Source: Candidatus Levybacteria bacterium RIFCSPHIGHO2_01_FULL_37_17 (GTDB lineage: Bacteria; Patescibacteriota; Microgenomatia; Levybacterales; UBA12049). Taken from it: a stretch of DNA of 64,000 nucleotides. The stretch is from NCBI GenBank assembly GCA_001782035.1, contig MFNL01000004.1, positions 9,290 through 73,289 on the forward strand. The letters run 5' to 3'. Shown here in pieces: positions 26,996 through 35,283 of this stretch. Made by a program: the position numbers and the translations under genes. The notes under the pieces are model-generated. The model ran no database searches and was not told the DNA's origin. It saw nothing but the letters and a program-made list of their open reading frames with translations. The first letter of the stretch is position 1. Each line of letters begins with the position of its first letter.

Positions 26996-27547
26996 ATGGA
27001 AAAGACATTAGTACTTCTTAAGCCGGATGCCGTAAAACGTGGAATAATGGGGGAGATAATCCACAGATTTGAACGTATGGGACTTCGAATAGCTGCTATG
27101 AAAATGGTACAGGCAGACAGAAAGTTGCTAGACAAGCATTATGCAACCGATAAAACTTCAACTTTGGAGCGAATTGGAGGCAAAACAATCGATACTTACA
27201 AAAAATATGGTAAAGATGTAAAAAAGGAATTCGGCACCGAGACGGCTGAAAAAGTTGGAAAAGTAGTTGTCGGCTGGCTCTTGGACTTTATGACCTCTAC
27301 GCCAGTTGTAGCAATGGTAGTAGAAGGTAGGCACGCAGTAGATAATGTTGTTGCTTTAGCGGGCTCCACAATGCCCGTGGGAGCAGCTCCGGGGACAATC
27401 CGGGGAGACTTTTCAACAGACAGCGCTGCTTATGCAAACGAAGAAAAAAGAGCAGTTACAAATCTGATTCATATTTCGGCAACGCGCGAGGAAGCAGAAT
27501 TTGAAATTGGTCTTTGGTTTACCCCTTCAGAAATCCACAACTATTAA
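26996..27547 (+). CDS. ndk: Nucleoside diphosphate kinase with an internal insertion
   Basis: MEKTLVLLKPDAV..., GTIRGDF, NLIHIS (catalytic His). The start is taken at ATG 26996 rather than the track start at 26939. Confidence 0.85.
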   Translation: MEKTLVLLKPDAVKRGIMGEIIHRFERMGLRIAAMKMVQADRKLLDKHYATDKTSTLERIGGKTIDTYKKYGKDVKKEFGTETAEKVGKVVVGWLLDFMTSTPVVAMVVEGRHAVDNVVALAGSTMPVGAAPGTIRGDFSTDSAAYANEEKRAVTNLIHISATREEAEFEIGLWFTPSEIHNY

Positions 27548-28119
27548 GACGGAGTATTTGCCGAAAGATAGGCAGGATTTTCATAGCGAAATCCTTCTCC
27601 ATCTTTAAAAACAATAGGATAGGGTATATCTCTTACAAGTCTTTGAGCTATTTCACTTACATGTCTCAATTGTCCTTGATCTGCATGCAAATACATGGCA
27701 TCTTTATAAAACATCATTTTAATCATAAACAAAGCAGTGTAATCGCCTGAAAACTGGGTAACTCTCCAAATTAGCCTTTCATAACCAGGGAGATGATGAA
27801 AGGTTCCCGGAATTGGCAACGAGCTTATTTTGCCTTTTACAACATCGCTCAAAATTCTATCTGTTTTCAAGCTATGGTTAAACCATACTTCATGGGTTAT
27901 ACCACTTCCTTCCTGGGTTAGTGAGTATAAGTTTTCAAGCAGAGTAAAAACCCCTTTTTGCTGAGGATTTAGAGTTTGTAGCATCTCTGCTTTTCTTGCT
28001 TCGTAATCCTGCCCCAATAGGCCAAGAGGATTTCTTTCCATCCAAGGATTATACGGATGTGCGTATATATCGTCAAGAGTTTTTTTGTTCGCGATAGTGA
28101 AGATATGCCAGTATTGCAA
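27544..28119 (-). CDS. Hypothetical protein
   Basis: 191-aa ORF; no family recognised; overlaps the VKOR ORF start by 47 nt. Confidence 0.4.
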   Translation of the reverse strand: MQYWHIFTIANKKTLDDIYAHPYNPWMERNPLGLLGQDYEARKAEMLQTLNPQQKGVFTLLENLYSLTQEGSGITHEVWFNHSLKTDRILSDVVKGKISSLPIPGTFHHLPGYERLIWRVTQFSGDYTALFMIKMMFYKDAMYLHADQGQLRHVSEIAQRLVRDIPYPIVFKDGEGFRYENPAYLSANTPS

Positions 28120-28504
28120 TACCGGTTGAGGTTGCTGCGGAAAGAAGACAGTATTGGCAGAAAGCGTGCAAAACGAACGCCTGAATTCCTAGTAGAATTG
28201 CCGAAACTATTAGTCCGGTTGCAGCCAATAAATAATAGGCCTGATGAAAAATCTTCTTATAGTTCGTCATTATCAAAAGACACACTAATATAACACTTAA
28301 ATAGAAAAGCGAGCCTAAAAGTGCGGTAGGAATGCCCAAAATAACCGCGTACTGACTTGTTAGTACGGTTTCGCAATTGCCGATTGTGCAAGGAGGAATT
28401 GTATTTCTAAAATGTACTAGGGTTAAGTAAGTTGCATCTAAAAATCCTAAAAATGCAATAATTGCGGAATAAATAATAAACTTATTTTTCAAAGGCATCA
28501 TCAA
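28073..28504 (-). CDS. Vitamin K epoxide reductase (VKOR) family membrane protein
   Basis: 143 aa; loop cysteines CTIGNC; TVLTSQYA..GIPTALLG; CXXC active site CQYC in the last TM. Confidence 0.75.
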   Translation of the reverse strand: MMMPLKNKFIIYSAIIAFLGFLDATYLTLVHFRNTIPPCTIGNCETVLTSQYAVILGIPTALLGSLFYLSVILVCLLIMTNYKKIFHQAYYLLAATGLIVSAILLGIQAFVLHAFCQYCLLSAATSTGIAILAYLHYREQKNS

Positions 28505-29210
28505 TTAACTTTTTAAAGTCTTCGTAGCTACTTGCAGTGATTCTTGCCCCGTTTAGAAAGAAACTTGGCGTTGAATTAATTCCTGCGGAAATTGCCTGCT
28601 TTTCCGATTCGGAAACAAATTTTTTTGCTTCTTGCGAGTTCATATCTGTAGTAAATTTTTCTGCATTCAACCCCAGTTTTTGAGCGTAATTTACAAAAAT
28701 AGTCTGTGGACTAGGTGACTTTTCCCAATCTGGTTGATTGGTAAATAAAGCATCTGCCATTTCCCAGAATTTTCCCTGAAGGTTTGCTGCGTATCCGGCT
28801 TGGGCTGCAATTTGAGCATTAGGATGGATATTTGTCAAAGGAAAATTTCTGTAAACGTATCTGACATTCGGATACTCGGTAAGAATTTGCTTAACAAGAG
28901 GGTGATATGAAGCGCAGGCCGGGCATTGTAAGTCCGAGTATTCAATTAAACTTACTTTGGAATTCTTATTACCAAGTACAATGTCATATTCGCTACTCAT
29001 TGGAACAGTTTGGCTTGTGTCAATTGAGGAAGTAGGGGATTTATTTACAAAAAGCGCAAGGCCAAAAATTGCAATTCCTACCAAAACTGCAACTGCCCCC
29101 CAAAGCCCGAATTTTTTCATCTGTTCTTTTCGAGCAGCAGCTTCAGCTTCTTTTTGCCACTCGCTTTTCTGTAGTGCTTTCTTTTGTGCCTTAGTTAGTT
29201 TTTCCACCAA
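28482..29210 (-). CDS. DsbA-like thioredoxin-fold disulfide oxidoreductase, N-terminally membrane anchored
   Basis: 242 aa; a TM helix then the CPAC thioredoxin active site (YSDLQCPACASYHP). Overlaps the VKOR gene by 23 nt, so the two are likely translationally coupled. Confidence 0.8.
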   Translation of the reverse strand: MVEKLTKAQKKALQKSEWQKEAEAAARKEQMKKFGLWGAVAVLVGIAIFGLALFVNKSPTSSIDTSQTVPMSSEYDIVLGNKNSKVSLIEYSDLQCPACASYHPLVKQILTEYPNVRYVYRNFPLTNIHPNAQIAAQAGYAANLQGKFWEMADALFTNQPDWEKSPSPQTIFVNYAQKLGLNAEKFTTDMNSQEAKKFVSESEKQAISAGINSTPSFFLNGARITASSYEDFKKLIDDAFEK

Positions 29211-29278
29211 AATATAATCTCACTTGAGTAAGTTTTTTTCAAGAGGGGAAATTATTTTTTGTGATAAAATACTTGCGA

Positions 29279-29350
29279 GCCCCTATAGCTCAACGGATAG
29301 AGCAAGCCCGTCCTAAGGGCGAGATGATGGTTCAATTCCGTCTAGGGGTA
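29279..29350 (+). tRNA. tRNA-Arg (anticodon CCT)
   Basis: Cloverleaf folded by hand: acceptor GCCCCTA/TAGGGGT, D-arm GCTC..GAGC, anticodon loop GTCCTAA, T-arm GATGG TTCAATT CCGTC; 72 nt; no encoded CCA. Confidence 0.85.
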
Positions 29351-29354
29351 CTTG

Positions 29355-29426
29355 CGGGGTGTAGTGAATCGGTATCACGCATCGTTCGGGACGATGAGAC
29401 ACTGGGTTCAATTCCCAGCACCCCGA
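29355..29426 (+). tRNA. tRNA-Pro (anticodon CGG)
   Basis: Acceptor CGGGGTG/CACCCCG (the C1-G72 pair typical of tRNA-Pro), anticodon loop TTCGGGA, T-arm CTGGG TTCAATT CCCAG, discriminator A; lies 4 nt after tRNA-Arg. Confidence 0.85.
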
Positions 29427-29430
29427 CTTA

Positions 29431-30168
29431 ATGAAAAGAAAAGAGGTAATAAAATTTATTGTTCTTCGAACGGCCGGAAATTTTTTGGTGCTTTTTGCAA
29501 TTTATGGAATTCTTGCTACGTTTGGACCGGCTCTTTATTACGAACTCAATTTTAGAATTTTGTCGGCGAGGGGAGTAACTTTTACAGTCGCAGAACCCTC
29601 AGCTGGGGCACAAGAAGAAATACCTGTTCAAGAAAATCAACTTGAGCCAACTCCAACTCCAATTCCCCCGCAAGGCATAGACAGTTTTGCAGATGTTTTG
29701 TTGGGGGCGCGTGAACAGGTTTTGGTGGCTCCAGATACAGACTTTAGCATTGTTATTCCCAAAATCGGCGCTGCGGCAAGAATTTTTCCAAATGTCGACC
29801 CAACAAACGAGCAGGAATACCAAAAAATTCTGCTGCAAGGTGTGGCTCATGCCAGGGGTACAGTTTTCCCCGGACTTTTAGGCAATATTTATCTTTTTGC
29901 CCATTCAACAGACAATTTCTGGGACGTAGGCCGCTATAACGCAGTTTTCTATCTGCTTAAAGATTTGGCAGCAGGGGATGAAATAACGGTTTTTTATCAA
30001 GGAGTAAGACATGATTACATTGTCAGTGAGTCAAAAATAGTTAATCCAAATGACATCTCTCATATTATTGATGCGCAAAAACAGGGAAGCGAAACTCTAA
30101 TTTTGCAAACCTGCTGGCCTCCCGGAACCACATTCCAACGCCTTTTGGTGTTTGCAAAGCCAAAATGA
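29431..30168 (+). CDS. Sortase family transpeptidase
   Basis: 245 aa; N-terminal TM; catalytic His in LFAHS; TLILQTCWP (TLxTC active-site Cys motif). Confidence 0.8.
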   Translation: MKRKEVIKFIVLRTAGNFLVLFAIYGILATFGPALYYELNFRILSARGVTFTVAEPSAGAQEEIPVQENQLEPTPTPIPPQGIDSFADVLLGAREQVLVAPDTDFSIVIPKIGAAARIFPNVDPTNEQEYQKILLQGVAHARGTVFPGLLGNIYLFAHSTDNFWDVGRYNAVFYLLKDLAAGDEITVFYQGVRHDYIVSESKIVNPNDISHIIDAQKQGSETLILQTCWPPGTTFQRLLVFAKPK

Positions 30169-30833
30169 TAAGTTTTAAAAATCAACAAATTCAAGGTTTG
30201 GCTCTAGATATAGATGAAACACTATCTTTTACTGCTGGCTATTGGGTTGAAGAGCTTTCCAAAAATTTTGGAAACCCACAAAAATTATCTGCAAGAGAGA
30301 TATTCTTAAAATACAGACTCATCCAAAAGTATCCGCACTGGCAGACAAAAGAAGCAGAAAAGTGGATGGAAAATGCCCGGAGCTCTAACGAAATACAGAA
30401 AAATCTCCCCTTAATTGCAAACGCAAACAACGCAGTCAATAAATTAAATAAAATTATACCAATCGCTTGTTATTTAACGGTTAGGCCAAAAAATGTAATA
30501 CAAGGGACAAAACGCTGGCTGGAAAAGCATAAATTCCCAAAAGCGGAAATAATCGCAAGACCATCGAGTCTTCCTTATGAGGAAGGTACACGCTGGAAGG
30601 CGAAAATGCTCTTAAAACTGTATCCAAAAGTGTTGGGGATTGTGGATGACAATTCAAGTCTTATTAAATACCTGCCCAAGACGTATAAAGGATTTATATT
30701 TTTATACGATATTCCGCGACAAAAGTTTAACTCAAAAAAAATTATAGCCTGCCCAACGTGGGAAGATGTTTTGAATAAGGCAAAAACTATTTTTACTAAA
30801 AACAATCAATTTAAAACTCAATCCGAGAACTAG
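30165..30833 (+). CDS. HAD-superfamily hydrolase-like protein
   Basis: 222 aa; LALDIDETLS near the N-terminus fits the DxDxT motif; otherwise unassigned. Confidence 0.4.
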   Translation: MISFKNQQIQGLALDIDETLSFTAGYWVEELSKNFGNPQKLSAREIFLKYRLIQKYPHWQTKEAEKWMENARSSNEIQKNLPLIANANNAVNKLNKIIPIACYLTVRPKNVIQGTKRWLEKHKFPKAEIIARPSSLPYEEGTRWKAKMLLKLYPKVLGIVDDNSSLIKYLPKTYKGFIFLYDIPRQKFNSKKIIACPTWEDVLNKAKTIFTKNNQFKTQSEN

Positions 30834-30844
30834 TTACTTTGTTC

Positions 30845-30872
30845 TTGACTTTATCCGTGCCTTTGCTATAAT
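30845..30872 (+). promoter_or_regulatory. Near-consensus sigma70-type promoter (TTGACT-16-TATAAT) 8 nt upstream of ATG 30881 (near-leaderless)
   Basis: TTGACT at 30845-30850, TATAAT at 30867-30872. Confidence 0.5.
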
Positions 30873-30880
30873 CCCTGCTT

Positions 30881-31264
30881 ATGTCAGAGCTAGAAATCTA
30901 TCGAAGAATAAATCACCAACCAGAATCAACAATGATTCATATTTCCGACAAAAACGGTGAGTACGATACGGAGTTAGGAAAATTAAAGGTCAGAGTAACT
31001 AAAGTTGATACCTTGGGACGTCTAAAACAGTTAGTTCTTGAGGCAGACTTTTTAAAAGGTAAGCTAAGAAGGAATTATTGGAAAAGACGAAGAATTAGAA
31101 CCATTGATTTAAGTTCGGGTTATGGGAGGCAGGACATATCTAAACGAGAGACGCTAATTGTTTATCCAGATGGATATCAAAAGGGCATGCCTTCAAGAAG
31201 AGCTTTGCGATTCAGCTCGGGCGAAATTTGGCCTAAAGATCAGGGTAAGCATATAAATACTTGA
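30881..31264 (+). CDS. Hypothetical basic protein (127 aa)
   Basis: Track ORF directly behind the consensus promoter; R/K-rich; no family recognised. Confidence 0.45.
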   Translation: MSELEIYRRINHQPESTMIHISDKNGEYDTELGKLKVRVTKVDTLGRLKQLVLEADFLKGKLRRNYWKRRRIRTIDLSSGYGRQDISKRETLIVYPDGYQKGMPSRRALRFSSGEIWPKDQGKHINT

Positions 31265-31310
31265 AGTTTTCACAGAAAATAAGGTTTTCACCCTCATAAA
31301 CTCCTAAAAC

Positions 31311-31339
31311 TTGACAAGTTTGACTACCTTTGATACACT
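31311..31339 (+). promoter_or_regulatory. Sigma70-type promoter TTGACA-17-TACACT
   Basis: TTGACA at 31311-31316, TACACT at 31334-31339. Followed by the strong SD AAAGGAGGT at 31354-31362. Confidence 0.45.
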
Positions 31340-31366
31340 TTTAGTTTGTTGAAAAGGAGGTAAAAT

Positions 31367-31528
31367 ATGCCAGGAAGAGAACTGGTCAGAGAACTAAGAA
31401 TCTCTTCAGAACTTCAAACTTCCCCTGACAAACCTGCTCAAATGCAGGCTCAGACGGTATTTGAAAATGTTTCAATCCCTAAGTGGATGATTCAAAACAG
31501 AAGAGGAAGAAGAGTTGCTGCAAGATAA
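31367..31528 (+). CDS. Small ORF (53 aa, MPGRELVRELRISSELQTSPDKPAQMQAQTVFENVSIPKWMIQNRRGRRVAAR), not in the track (under 60 aa)
   Basis: ATG 31367 is preceded by AAAGGAGGTAAAAT. Stop TAA at 31526-31528 overlaps the next -35 box. Confidence 0.35.
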   Translation: MPGRELVRELRISSELQTSPDKPAQMQAQTVFENVSIPKWMIQNRRGRRVAAR

Positions 31529-31571
31529 TTGACAACTAAGTTGGTTCTGCTATAATTCCCGCGAAAGCGGG
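31529..31571 (+). promoter_or_regulatory. Consensus promoter TTGACA-16-TATAAT, followed immediately by a GNRA-tetraloop hairpin CCCGCGAAAGCGGG in the 5' leader of the next ORF
   Basis: TTGACA at 31529-31534, TATAAT at 31551-31556, hairpin at 31558-31571, ATG at 31582. Confidence 0.5.
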
Positions 31572-31581
31572 ATTTTAGTAT

Positions 31582-31773
31582 ATGAGTGAGATTGAGCCAA
31601 GATCAGTTTACGGCAGACAAATTCCAGATGAAAATCAAAGAGAAAGTGCTATGGAAGATAGCTCTCTCAGGTTTGCGCTTTTTAAAACAGGAAGAGAAGT
31701 CAAACGAAAACTAACAAGAAATCCAAAAACTCCACAAAAACCTCTAATTAATGATCACGGGAGAAGCCTTTAA
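31582..31773 (+). CDS. Hypothetical small protein (63 aa)
   Basis: Track ORF; its stop TAA abuts the ATG of the next ORF (TAAATG). Confidence 0.4.
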   Translation: MSEIEPRSVYGRQIPDENQRESAMEDSSLRFALFKTGREVKRKLTRNPKTPQKPLINDHGRSL

Positions 31774-32073
31774 ATGGCAGCAGAATTAGGAAAATTGGCT
31801 GAACTAGCACGAAAAGATAGAGATTTTTATTCAAGCTCTCAATTTCTTAATGTAGCGGGTAATTTTTTGCTTGATGATGAACAAATTCCGCTTAGCCTTG
31901 ATCCAATACCGCAACCTGATACATTAATCTCTCTTGCTAAAAGACTTAAAGAGCAGAAATTCGAGCGGGGAGCAAGCTTAATACTAGCTCTAAATAAGTT
32001 TCTTAACGATACCGGAATATTTACAGACGAAAAGCAAGCTGAATTGGTGGCAAAAGCTAAAAAAGCAGCATAA
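31774..32073 (+). CDS. Hypothetical small protein (99 aa), translationally coupled to the upstream ORF
   Basis: Track ORF; no family recognised. Confidence 0.4.
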   Translation: MAAELGKLAELARKDRDFYSSSQFLNVAGNFLLDDEQIPLSLDPIPQPDTLISLAKRLKEQKFERGASLILALNKFLNDTGIFTDEKQAELVAKAKKAA

Positions 32074-32124
32074 GAATAATAGGTTAGAACTTGACAAATG
32101 AATACAGAAAGCTATAGTAAAAGT

Positions 32125-32619
32125 ATGGCCGAAGAAGGAAAAGATAAACTTCCCTTAGAACCCTTGAACAAACCTGAGTTTCGAGTCCCCGGATTTCCTA
32201 AAAAACCAGCTTCCAAGGATTTATATAGAAACACAACCGTTAAATGGGAAAGAGAAGAAAGAGAGGCTGCCGAAAGAAGACGAGAAGATTTGAGGAGAAT
32301 GCAGGAGAAAGCCGATTTAAGCGAACAAGCTGCTCGTGAAGAAAGACAAAGGGAAAGAGAGCATTTAGACCGTAAACTTAGAGAAAGGGAAGAACGGGAA
32401 GCTCTCAAAAATGTATTACCAAAAGACAAATTAGCCAGAGGCGAGGCGGATCCGCTCAAATTAGGAGATCCAATACCAGAAGGTGTAGTTTTAACCTCAA
32501 GAAGACCATCCAATTCTGAAATCGATGAATTTACAGGGATCAAACGTAGTGGGTCAGTAGAAAGATTCTCACGTAGGCCTCAAGATCCTAATGTTTCTCC
32601 AAAAATCCTCAAAAAGTAG
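32125..32619 (+). CDS. Hypothetical charged coiled-coil protein (R/E-rich). Start taken at ATG 32125, since the track start 32098 lies inside the promoter spacer
   Basis: Promoter TTGACA at 32091-32096, spacer 16 nt, TATAGT at 32113-32118, then 6 nt to ATG 32125 (near-leaderless). Protein contains REEREAAERRREDLRRMQEKADLSEQAAREERQREREHLDRKLREREERE. Confidence 0.45.
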   Translation: MAEEGKDKLPLEPLNKPEFRVPGFPKKPASKDLYRNTTVKWEREEREAAERRREDLRRMQEKADLSEQAAREERQREREHLDRKLREREEREALKNVLPKDKLARGEADPLKLGDPIPEGVVLTSRRPSNSEIDEFTGIKRSGSVERFSRRPQDPNVSPKILKK

Positions 32620-32656
32620 GAAGCACTAACAAAATACAACAAAGCTTAAGTTCTCA

Positions 32657-33862
32657 CTACTTGAGGCTGATTGTGTAAAGGTTTGGAGTAATTGCCAAAT
32701 TTCCTAAGTTTGTTAAAATAACCAATTTACTAGCTCCTGGCCACGAGAAAACAAAGTTATCCACAAACGGACCCGCATAAACAGTTGTTTGATTTTGTGC
32801 GTCGAATTCCATAATGTCGATTTTCCCATTGTGAACATAAACCAAATGCTTAGAATCCGGGTACCAGCTTAAGGGAAGAGGCGAGCCCAAATCTACTTTA
32901 GGCAAATTGTCCAATACTTTGTAATTTTTGTCCTCTTTTATGTCGTAAACATATACGGCGTCTTTTTCGATATTTCTAGTCTCCGCCGTTGAGTTTGTAC
33001 CTATTAATGGAGGTACTATTAAAGGATCTAGAGTCCCCGAAACAGAGGCAGTGTAGAGTATTTTTGTATCATCGGGTGCCCAGTCTAATACCTTAAAGTA
33101 CTTTGATACAACTTGTCTTACGTTTTTCTTGAGCCCTGCAATTCTTGCATCTTCTTTTTCGCCTCTTAGCTCCTCCCAGGTTGCGTTTAATGTATCTAAG
33201 GTAAGAGTTACATTTACAGGGTTTGTATTTAATGAGTCAGCGGAAAGAAGAAAATTGGCTTCAATTGGGCTCTCAAAGCCTGCTAGAAGCTGTTTACTAT
33301 CCGGTGACCAGCTAAGTTTGGCTTCGGAAAAAAGATTGATGCCAAGCTCATTTGCGATCTGCGTAGAAGCATTTTGAAGCGTTAAAATGGGCCGCAATGT
33401 CATATCGAGTACATATATTCCGTTTCTTTCAGCAGACTGTGATGCAACAGAATAAGCGAGCAGAGTTTTTGATGCGTCAAGTACGGGATTTAAAACTCCA
33501 ATGTTTGTTATGCTTTCAAGCTTTGGAGCAGTTGGAATAAGAAATGCATCTGCCTTGCTTACTACTTCTTTTTTAATTTCTATTTTCTTTTTCCACTCAA
33601 AATAACCGTCCTTGTAAATCCGCACTTCGTACTGCCCTGGGGTTAAATTAATGGTTGTATCTGTAGCAGTTGCAAGCTCTCCGTTTACAAAAACTTGGGC
33701 TCCGTTGGGAGTACTTGTTGCAACTAAAAGTCCCGTTCCTGCGACTCTTGGAGTGCCACCGTCTAGGCCAAATCTATAGCCTCGTCCATAAAGAATTACT
33801 GCTGCAGTAGCAGCAAGAAGAATCGCAATAACCCCAAATGAAATAAGAAGCTGTTTTCGCAT
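32657..33862 (-). CDS. PEGA-domain plus TolB-like beta-propeller protein, N-terminally anchored
   Basis: 401 aa; N-terminal TM; PEGA-like STPNGAQVFVNGELATATDTTINLTPGQYEVRIYKDGYF; repeated SWSPDSK / DWAPDDTK / SWYPDSKH propeller-blade motifs. Confidence 0.6.
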   Translation of the reverse strand: MRKQLLISFGVIAILLAATAAVILYGRGYRFGLDGGTPRVAGTGLLVATSTPNGAQVFVNGELATATDTTINLTPGQYEVRIYKDGYFEWKKKIEIKKEVVSKADAFLIPTAPKLESITNIGVLNPVLDASKTLLAYSVASQSAERNGIYVLDMTLRPILTLQNASTQIANELGINLFSEAKLSWSPDSKQLLAGFESPIEANFLLSADSLNTNPVNVTLTLDTLNATWEELRGEKEDARIAGLKKNVRQVVSKYFKVLDWAPDDTKILYTASVSGTLDPLIVPPLIGTNSTAETRNIEKDAVYVYDIKEDKNYKVLDNLPKVDLGSPLPLSWYPDSKHLVYVHNGKIDIMEFDAQNQTTVYAGPFVDNFVFSWPGASKLVILTNLGNLAITPNLYTISLK

Positions 33863-34023
33863 AAGTTAGCGCATTATACAACCCTACCTGGCCACTTGCA
33901 AGTTAAGAATTGGGTGTTATAATCCTTGTATCGAAGCTAGAGCATTAAATGATAGAGATGAGTAATAGTCTGATGCTTTTATGGTAAATTTACAATCTAT
34001 TATTTACTATTTACAATTTTACG

Positions 34024-35043
34024 ATGGCATTATCTAAGCGAGTTGGAATTGATTTGGGCACGGCAAACACGCTTGTTTATCTGGCAGGTGAGGGAATTGT
34101 ATTAAATGAGCCAACAGTAGTAGCTGTAACAGCCGAAGAAAACCGAGTTGTTGCAGTTGGAAAAGAAGCAAAAGAAATGCTTGGACGAACCCCAGGAAAT
34201 ATTGTAGCAATGAGACCCCTGAGGGATGGAGTAATTGCAGACTACACAATAACTGAAGCTATGCTCTCTTATTTTATAGATAAAGCGGCGGGCAAATCCT
34301 ACTTTTTTAAACCCGAAGTTATGATTTGTATACCATCTGGCGTAACTCAGGTTGAAAGAAGGGCGGTTTTAGATGCAACAATGGCGGCAGGTGCACGAGT
34401 TGCCTATTTAATTGAAGAGCCTTTGGCAGCAGCAATTGGGGCAAAAGTTCCTATTGCGCAGCCTGCAGGGCATATGATAGTTGATATAGGAGGAGGTTCA
34501 ACAGAGGCTGCAGTTATTTCCCTAGGAGGAGTAGTGGTGCATCATTCGGTAAGAGTGGGAGGAAATAAGATAGATGAGGCAATCTCAGCCTACTGCAAAA
34601 AGAAATTTAATCTTTTGATAGGTGAGCGAACGGCAGAAGAAATAAAAATCCAAATGGGAAACGCATTAGTGGATGAAAAAAAGGTATCAGATCAAAGGAA
34701 AATGGAAATTAGGGGACGTGATGCAATAACTGGCTTACCCAGAACCATTGAATTAAACGAAGGACAAGTAAACGAAGCAATATTGTCTACCTTGATGGAT
34801 ATTATTTCAGCGGTAAAAGGCGTTATGGAGCAGACACCCCCGGAATTGGCAAGTGATATTATTGATAAAGGAGTTATTATGAGTGGTGGGACGTCACTTC
34901 TTACAAACCTTGACAAATTAATGACAAAAGTAACAGGCGTTCCTTGTCATGTCGCGGAAGATGCATTACTTTGTGTTGTAAGGGGAACCGGTGTTGCCCT
35001 TGAAAACATAGAGCTTTATAAAAGAAGCATAGCCAAGAAGTAA
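34024..35043 (+). CDS. mreB: MreB/Mbl-family actin-like protein (stand-alone paralog)
   Basis: 339 aa; GIDLGTANTLVY...; DIGGGSTE; overall MreB fold motifs. Confidence 0.85.
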   Translation: MALSKRVGIDLGTANTLVYLAGEGIVLNEPTVVAVTAEENRVVAVGKEAKEMLGRTPGNIVAMRPLRDGVIADYTITEAMLSYFIDKAAGKSYFFKPEVMICIPSGVTQVERRAVLDATMAAGARVAYLIEEPLAAAIGAKVPIAQPAGHMIVDIGGGSTEAAVISLGGVVVHHSVRVGGNKIDEAISAYCKKKFNLLIGERTAEEIKIQMGNALVDEKKVSDQRKMEIRGRDAITGLPRTIELNEGQVNEAILSTLMDIISAVKGVMEQTPPELASDIIDKGVIMSGGTSLLTNLDKLMTKVTGVPCHVAEDALLCVVRGTGVALENIELYKRSIAKK

Positions 35044-35283
35044 AGATAAGTATCCTATAATGATATTACACCTAAAACCTTACATCTCTAGCTCCATACT
35101 TTCACAAAGTTTTTTCACGAAAGTACAGATTATAGTAAATGGATTGATAAACGGATATAAATCCTTACTCGATGGTAAAGTGGGCAAGGGACAAGGCTAT
35201 TTACTATGAGTATTAAAAATGTTCAAAAATTTCGAAAAGAAGAAAATTATAAAAATACGGTTATATCTTATAGTTAAATTAGC

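Noticed and set aside
29352-29555. 67-aa ORF overlapping tRNA-Pro and the sortase start
   Set aside because: It lies across a confidently folded tRNA and is out of frame with the sortase gene; spurious.
32098-32124. Track start of the 173-aa ORF at ATG 32098
   Set aside because: That ATG lies between the -35 and -10 boxes of a consensus promoter. The in-frame ATG at 32125 just downstream of the -10 box is the more plausible start.
32759-32767. DnaA-box-like TTATCCACA
   Set aside because: Single occurrence inside a coding region; no cluster, and no adjacent dnaA or dnaN.
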